A stretch of 64,000 nt of DNA from positions 82,078 to 146,077 of the IMG/VR virus record IMGVR_UViG_3300042330_000875; one strand, given 5' to 3'. This DNA is from a virus. Positions 58,171-64,000 of the stretch are shown piece after piece; position 1 is the stretch's first letter; every line of letters starts with the position of its first letter. Below the pieces are notes generated by a model. It was not told the origin of the DNA. It was given only the letters and a program-made list of their open reading frames with translations, and ran no database searches. Both the position numbers and the translations under genes were made by a program.

Positions 58171-59037
58171 ATGTCTGCAATTGAAACCATTTACACTCGT
58201 ACTGCTCGTTTTGATTCTGCCGAAGCTTTGAACGATGATCAGCTTCGCGCTCTTGTTCCTAGCATTTTTGCTAATACTGCCCATGAAAGCCGTAGTGATC
58301 GTTTTCAACCTATCCCCACAATTGACGCAGTAAATGCCCTTCGTGAAGAAGGTTTTCAAGTTGTTGGCGCAAAGCAAAATCGTGTTCGTTCGGCTGATAA
58401 GCGTAATTTTACCAAGCATCTTCTTCGTTTTCGCCGGATTGGTGATGATGCTACTTATCGCGTTGGTGATACGGTTACTGAAATTTATCTTCGTAATGCA
58501 AATGATGGCACGTCACAATATGAACTTATGGCCGGGCTTTTTCGCATTGCTTGTTTGAATTCATTGGTCGCCCAAACTGGAACGCTTTCTGCTGTTAAGG
58601 TTCGACATAGCGGTATGGATGTAATTGATCGTGTGGTCAATGCAACTCTTGAAGCCCGCAAGGTTGCACACCTTAGTCTTGACGCTCCTGCTCGTTGGGG
58701 TGCAATCGATCTTGATCTTGATCGTCGTGTTGAATTTGCTGAAGCTGCTCGCCGCCTTCGGTTTGGTGTTGATGAAAATAACAACGTTCTTTCACCAATT
58801 TCTGCAACTCAATTACTTGAAGCTCGCCGTGTTCAAGATACAAAAACTGATTTGTGGTCCGTTTTTAACGTTATTCAGGAGCATTGTATTCGTGGCGGTC
58901 TTACTGCGGAAAGCACTCGTGTAAATCGAGTTAATGGTAATCGTCGTGTGGTTACAACTCGTCAAGTGCGCGCAATTGATGCAGAAGTAAAAATCAATCG
59001 TGATCTTTGGGAACTTGCTGAAAGTTTTGCAGTTTAA
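58171..59037 (+). CDS. DUF932 (DUF945) family protein
   Basis: PSIFA..AHESRSDRF.PIPT, FTKHLLRFR, NANDGTSQY.LMAGLFRIACLNSL, DLWSVFNVIQE, N..LW.LAE. Confidence 0.9.
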   Translation: MSAIETIYTRTARFDSAEALNDDQLRALVPSIFANTAHESRSDRFQPIPTIDAVNALREEGFQVVGAKQNRVRSADKRNFTKHLLRFRRIGDDATYRVGDTVTEIYLRNANDGTSQYELMAGLFRIACLNSLVAQTGTLSAVKVRHSGMDVIDRVVNATLEARKVAHLSLDAPARWGAIDLDLDRRVEFAEAARRLRFGVDENNNVLSPISATQLLEARRVQDTKTDLWSVFNVIQEHCIRGGLTAESTRVNRVNGNRRVVTTRQVRAIDAEVKINRDLWELAESFAV

Positions 59038-59043
59038 CAATAT

Positions 59044-59066
59044 GGGGAGAATTAATTCTCCCTTTT
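59044..59066 (+). terminator. Intrinsic terminator
   Basis: GGGAGAATTAATTCTCCC plus T-run. Confidence 0.75.
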
Positions 59067-59085
59067 AATTTGAAAGGAAATATAA

Positions 59086-60825
59086 ATGCAACAAGAATTA
59101 TATGGTTTTTATTCCAAGACAAACAATACAATTTTAGGTTCACAAAAATGGAAAACTTCAACCGGAGAAATTGTTATTATTAATGGATTATCTATTAGTG
59201 ACAAAATTGATGAAAATCTGTTAGCATTATCTGAATTTAATCATTACATTAATGATTATCAATTGGTTGGCAAAGTTACCGGATTTTGCGGTATTAATAA
59301 ATTACCAGTTTATGATTGTGGCGAAATAAATCTATTAGCTGACCTTAATGAACGTATTTCTCGACCAAAAATTAAACATGGTTATTTTGATCCAGATTCG
59401 GAAAAATCACAAACATGGTTAGATGAAAATAATAATGAAGTTATTATCACCGAAATCATTGAAGATTATTGGTATGAAAGCAATTATAAATTTAAATATG
59501 CTTTTACAAATAAACAATATATGGGAAAAATCACAAAATTTATTAAATTCAATTAGAAAGGAAAAAATTATGAAAAATTTTATTATGATGGTTATGGTTG
59601 CTTTAACGATGATGTTTACGCCAGCAGTTTTTGCCGCTGAAAAAACAGAACAAAAAACCGAACAAACTTATGTTGAACAAGCTGAATATTATGGTTTAGT
59701 GGTTCAAAAAGTAATGGAAAGTTTCTCTAACAGTATTATCAACATTGCAACTAAAATGGGAATGGCTGCAAATGATTTGATTTTTAGTCCATTGGGAATC
59801 ATGTTGCTTGTTTATCTTGTATTCAAGTTTACATTTATTAAGATTTTCGGTTTTGGGTTATTTATTACATCGTGTTTAATGTTTCGTCGTGTTTTTAAAA
59901 AACAAAAACTGGTATTAGTCAGTTATGATCAAAAAAGTTTAATGTTTGGTTTAATTAAGCTTAAAACAAATTGTGTTTATCAAACGGTTAATATTGATTT
60001 AACTCGCGGAGAAGGCGGAATGGCATTTGTTTTATGTGGTGGAGCCGCTATTTTATTCGGTGTTTCAATGTGTATGATGTTTACTTAATAAAAAGAGGGA
60101 AAAAATTTCCCTCTTTTCTTTAATTAAATTTTTTAATAAGGAGATTTATTATGAGTTTTATTATTACAAGCATTATTTGTATGGCGATATCTGCACTAAT
60201 TATTTGGATGTTACATGAATATAATCAAAATAAAATTTACGAAAAACAAATGAAAGAAATTCACGGTCGTATTGCAGAAAATATGATTAAAGATTTACAA
60301 AATCTTAAAAAAACATTAGATATGTTAGAACAGAAAGGTGTTTATGAAAATAAACATAACCATAGAATTAATAATTTGATTAGTAAATCACAAAAAATTA
60401 TTTAAAAAATTTTAATAAGGAGATTGATTATGAGTTTTGATAACGTAAAATACATTAAAGTTAATGCACGTGTTCGATATTGGGAAAGTGCCGTTGTAAA
60501 TGATATAGAAGATGTTGATGGAACATTAATTCCATTTCGAGAATATGATATGTGGAATATTTTAATTGATAATAAAACTGGTATCATTAAAAATTGGCCT
60601 AAAAATAAAACAGCTAATGTTCATTATAAAGTTTGTGATGCTGGAAATTATTATTTTCTTGATAAAAATTTTAACAAATTATATTCACTAAAAAATGATT
60701 ATGTTCCTCGATTTTTAAGCCCAAAAGAAAGTAATTTTGGTGATTACATTATCTTAGATATTGATAACAATGGTAAAATTGAAGATTGGTTAGAAATTAA
60801 TGAATTGCCTGAAGGATTTAAGTAA
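59086..60825 (+). CDS. Four hypothetical proteins (59086-59556, ~59570-60088 membrane, 60151-60405, 60430-60825)
   Basis: AAGGA/AAGGAG RBSs; terminator at 60091-60117. Confidence 0.55.
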
Positions 60826-60856
60826 ATGAATTCAGATTTCTATTAATAGTTAATGT

Positions 60857-60888
60857 AAAAAAGGGGAGAATTAATTCTCCCCTTTTTT
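60857..60888. terminator. Bidirectional terminator
   Basis: AAAAAAGGGGAGAATTAATTCTCCCCTTTTTT. Confidence 0.8.
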
Positions 60889-61642
60889 ATTTTGCGTAAA
60901 TTTTTAAAACTTCATCAATAACGGGATGACGTTGAATGTCTTTATTACTAAATTCAACAAATGAAATCATATCTGATTTATATCGTTTTAAACGTTCAAT
61001 AAAGTCTTTTAAACCATTTGATGCACGATTACGATCATGTTGTTCTAAATCGCCTGTGATAATCAATTTAGAGCCTTCACCAATACGTGTACAAAGCATC
61101 TTCATTTGATCGACAGTCATATTTTGGGCTTCATCACCAATGATAACTGCATTTACTAAGTTTCGGCCGCGAGCGTATGCTAGAGGGACATATTCAATAG
61201 TTTTATTTTCTAACATATGTTGAACCGTAGCAACATCGTAATAATTTCTGGCAACATCCATAAGTGGAATCATCCAAGGTTCCATTTTTTGGTTTAAATC
61301 ACCAGGAAGAAAGCCGTGTTCTTCTTCAACACTAACTGCTGGTCTTGTTAAAAAAATTCTTTCGATTTTATTATCTTGTAATTGTTTTAATGCATAACTC
61401 ATAGCTAACAGCGTTTTTCCACAACCCGCCGGTCCAGTAACAAAAACAATATGTTTATTATCGTCATAAAGTTCACAAAGTAAATCTTCTTGTGTTTCAG
61501 TTCTTGGTACTATTTGAATTTTTTTCATTCGAGTTGAACTTTGTTGTGGGTTAAAATCAACTACATTATTTCTTGTATTATTGCGTGTATTGTTACGATC
61601 TTTTCGTGGGTTTTCACGAATTGCTCTTTTGGCTCTTGACAT
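60887..61642 (-). CDS. phoH: PhoH-family ATPase
   Basis: GPAGCGKT, TRPAV, GFLPGDL..KM.PW, PLAYARGRN, DEAQN, TRIGEGSK, GDLEQ, RHP. Confidence 0.95.
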   Translation of the reverse strand: MSRAKRAIRENPRKDRNNTRNNTRNNVVDFNPQQSSTRMKKIQIVPRTETQEDLLCELYDDNKHIVFVTGPAGCGKTLLAMSYALKQLQDNKIERIFLTRPAVSVEEEHGFLPGDLNQKMEPWMIPLMDVARNYYDVATVQHMLENKTIEYVPLAYARGRNLVNAVIIGDEAQNMTVDQMKMLCTRIGEGSKLIITGDLEQHDRNRASNGLKDFIERLKRYKSDMISFVEFSNKDIQRHPVIDEVLKIYAK

Positions 61643-61694
61643 TAATATCTCCTAAAAGGTTGCCATGTGGGATAGTTTTCATTATCAATAGTAT

Positions 61695-62276
61695 TTAGTT
61701 TTCTTGTTCCCATTCCCCAATCTGTTTTACTATTTCTTCCCAATTATCCTTTCCATAAAAATTCTCACAATCTCGATTATAAGGCATCCATAAACCAGTT
61801 GTTTTAATACCTAAATCAATGGCACAACTTATATGTTGTGGGTTATCTTCAATAAATGCACAAGGTTTAAATCTTTTTAATAATGGGTGCTTTTCTTTAT
61901 CGCCAACAAAACAATAACCATCAAAAGGTGATTCGCCAAAATGTTTTTCAAAATTTTTTAATCTACTAGAAAAAATTTTAGATGTATTTGGCACAGCACT
62001 AATAGCGACCAAATGATAATCCATTGATTTCAAAGAATTAATTCCTTCTAATGCGCCTGGAACTAATTCTAAATCAGCAAACATTTCACTATTATTAAAT
62101 CGATCAACTAAGATTTTTGAATCTATATCAATTTCATAAGCGAGATTAACCCAATATGCATGTTTTAAATCAGCAATTTTTTTATAATTTAATTCTTCAA
62201 GATAATTTTGAAATTTATCAATCCAATTGAGAACGATTTCGTCAATATCACACAGAATTAGTTTGGTTTTGCTCAT
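61695..62276 (-). CDS. HAD-superfamily 5'(3')-deoxyribonucleotidase-like protein
   Basis: LCDIDEIV motif I, PGALEGI, FIEDN, PYNR, NWEEI. Confidence 0.8.
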   Translation of the reverse strand: MSKTKLILCDIDEIVLNWIDKFQNYLEELNYKKIADLKHAYWVNLAYEIDIDSKILVDRFNNSEMFADLELVPGALEGINSLKSMDYHLVAISAVPNTSKIFSSRLKNFEKHFGESPFDGYCFVGDKEKHPLLKRFKPCAFIEDNPQHISCAIDLGIKTTGLWMPYNRDCENFYGKDNWEEIVKQIGEWEQEN

Positions 62277-62655
62277 ATCTGCTTGCTCTTTTCATAATTT
62301 CTTCTAATACAGTTGCATAATCGCCTGGATGTAATTTATTCCATTCGACTAAAATATCACACATATATTTTGTATATTTGCTACAATAAAAATCTAACAC
62401 ATTTTCTTTTTCTATTTGATAACGAGTTGTTACAATTCTCATTTCTAAAATATCAATAATTGTTGAACATTCAGTAAGGTCTTTTTTATCAATACGTTCA
62501 ACTACTGAATATCTTTCTTTTAATTCCCAACGATTTTTTGTATCATTTTCATTTTTAGGTAATTTATCCCAATCTTTAATATGTGTATTAGAACCTTTAG
62601 TTGGGTTCCAAGAAGTTTGAATTTTCATAAAAGGTCTATTTCTTAAATATTTCAT
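62248..62655 (-). CDS. Hypothetical protein
   Basis: 135 aa, AAGGA RBS. Confidence 0.55.
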   Translation of the reverse strand: MKYLRNRPFMKIQTSWNPTKGSNTHIKDWDKLPKNENDTKNRWELKERYSVVERIDKKDLTECSTIIDILEMRIVTTRYQIEKENVLDFYCSKYTKYMCDILVEWNKLHPGDYATVLEEIMKRASRYEQNQTNSV

Positions 62656-62673
62656 TTTTCTTTCCTTAATTTT

Positions 62674-63006
62674 TTAATTTTTCAAATACCAAAGAACTTT
62701 ATCAGTTTCAGTTATAACGCCAATTGATTGAAAATACAAATCTGGATTAGGATGATCTTTAATCCATTCACGAATATTTTCATAACATTTACCATTTAAA
62801 TAAAATTCTTTAAATCCATTAGAATAGAATTTTGCTGGACCTTTTAACCGATGCCAACATAAATTTGTTAAACACCAAAATTTATATCCTGATTCTAAAT
62901 TTTCAAAAGCAGGAATTTCTTCATTGGGTGAAGAAATATCAAGCTTAGAAACTATAGTATAATCTTCCGTTGTAAATTTTTCACCATCAATGTAATAAAC
63001 AATCAT
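62674..63006 (-). CDS. HRLTGP-family paralog 18 (tail A)
   Basis: ATGA overlap with the clamp-loader stop; ends ETDKVLWYLKN. Confidence 0.85.
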   Translation of the reverse strand: MIVYYIDGEKFTTEDYTIVSKLDISSPNEEIPAFENLESGYKFWCLTNLCWHRLKGPAKFYSNGFKEFYLNGKCYENIREWIKDHPNPDLYFQSIGVITETDKVLWYLKN

Positions 63007-63929
63007 TTTCTAATACCAGTTAATTGTGCAAAAGTTGCAGCTAAATTAATTTCAACATCTGCCACTTGATGATGTTTTACATAACCATCACGTATATAAA
63101 TCAAAGCTGTATTTTGATCACTATCATTATCTCCCCAAATGTTTAAATTTTCATACATCCAACGAAAAATTTCTTCATAATTATCTGTTTTAGCATTTGC
63201 AACCAAATATTTTCTTGCTTCAACGGCTTTGCCCATTTTAAACAATTCGGCAGTTTTTTTCAAATAATCATCTGTGTTTTGACTACTATCAACTGGTTCA
63301 ACTAATTCGCCATTAATTGAGTATTGTTGCAATTCTTGCAATGCTTTTCTTGCATCTGGATAAACACGAGTGTAAAGTTTTAATAAATTGTCATCGGTAA
63401 ATTTTATTTTTTCATCGGTTAAAACTGTAACAATTTTATTTAAAAATTGTTCTTGATCTAATGTACTAAATTCTAAAACTTGTAAACGGCTTAAAATTGG
63501 TGGAGAAATTTTATTAATATAATTTGCAGTACAAATAAATCTTACTGAATCGGAAAAACGATCAATTTCGCCTCGCAAAATATTATAAGCTAATTGACTC
63601 ATATTATCAAATTCATCTAATACAACAATTTTAAAATTAGAATCACCCAACGAATATGTTTCACAAAAACCAATAATTTTTTCTTGAACCGCATCTGCGT
63701 TCCGTTCTCTTGAAGCATTAAGCCAAAGAACATCGCTTTCATGAACATTTAATTCATTAATTAAAATTTTAGCTAATGTTGATTTTCCGGTTCCTGGTCT
63801 CCCAACTAATAAAATATTTGGAATATTTTTTTGTTGTAACCATTGTTCAACTGAATTTTTCATTTGTTGATCACGCCAAACATAATCTTTGATTGATTTA
63901 GGGCGATATTTTTCTGTCCATAATTCCAT
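63003..63929 (-). CDS. Clamp loader large subunit (T4 gp44 / RFC-like)
   Basis: LWTEKYRP, GRPGTGKST, NAS, VLDEFD, RFICTANY, SRL, DVEINLAA. Confidence 0.92.
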   Translation of the reverse strand: MELWTEKYRPKSIKDYVWRDQQMKNSVEQWLQQKNIPNILLVGRPGTGKSTLAKILINELNVHESDVLWLNASRERNADAVQEKIIGFCETYSLGDSNFKIVVLDEFDNMSQLAYNILRGEIDRFSDSVRFICTANYINKISPPILSRLQVLEFSTLDQEQFLNKIVTVLTDEKIKFTDDNLLKLYTRVYPDARKALQELQQYSINGELVEPVDSSQNTDDYLKKTAELFKMGKAVEARKYLVANAKTDNYEEIFRWMYENLNIWGDNDSDQNTALIYIRDGYVKHHQVADVEINLAATFAQLTGIRK

Positions 63930-64000
63930 AATAAACTCCTTGATAATTAATCTTACTTTATTGGAATTATTGGTTCAATAAATTTAAGGAAAATATAAAT

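Noticed and set aside
754-60587. Many opposite-strand or alternate-frame ORFs in the track (e.g. 754-1131, 8748-9426 set, 11230-11760, 53069-54351 set, 58144-59040 set)
   Set aside because: They overlap well-supported genes, lack RBSs and motifs; shadow ORFs.
61565-61597. NNTR tandem repeat in the PhoH N-terminus
   Set aside because: Short in-frame low-complexity repeat in a disordered leader; no sign of special function.
1776-63006. Diversity-generating retroelement as the source of HRLTGP variation
   Set aside because: No reverse transcriptase or near-identical TR/VR pair in the window; differences include indels and are not visibly confined to adenines. It cannot be excluded elsewhere in the genome.
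1-64000. tRNA, rRNA or tmRNA genes
   Set aside because: No cloverleaf with a T-loop (GTTCGA-type) and acceptor stem, and no rRNA-like GC-rich block recognised by eye; a tRNAscan/Infernal run would be needed to be sure.

Overview
Very AT-rich, gene-dense 64 kb segment of a large T4-superfamily-like (jumbo) myovirus genome; the transposon cargo weakly suggests an alphaproteobacterial host. It carries virion genes (gp4 head completion, gp13 neck, two Ser/Thr/Gly-rich structural proteins, a divergent gp23-like protein) and replication/nucleotide genes (gp44 clamp loader, RNase HI, intein-containing ThyX, two Zn deaminases, HAD nucleotidase). It also has host-takeover functions (ClpA, ClpX, IF3, YqeY, PhoH, RNA ligase/kinase/phosphatase) and glycan-modification enzymes. 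A 7.1 kb IS1595-family passenger transposon (7757-14874) sits inside a phage repeat and carries a GH113-like/RTX/DUF5648 gene that has a second, resident copy at 52985-54799. The most striking pattern is 18 dispersed copies of a ~110 aa hypervariable 'YYIDGEKF...SSPDENTPA...HRLTGPA' family. About 13 further, otherwise different small ORFs end in the same short C-terminal helix motif (T-D-x-x-L-[WFY]-x-L-[KQ]-N or Q-[VI]-E-M-L-L-K-Y). This looks like a genome-wide C-terminal tagging/docking system; its function is inference only. All calls were made by eye from motifs; no database searches were run.
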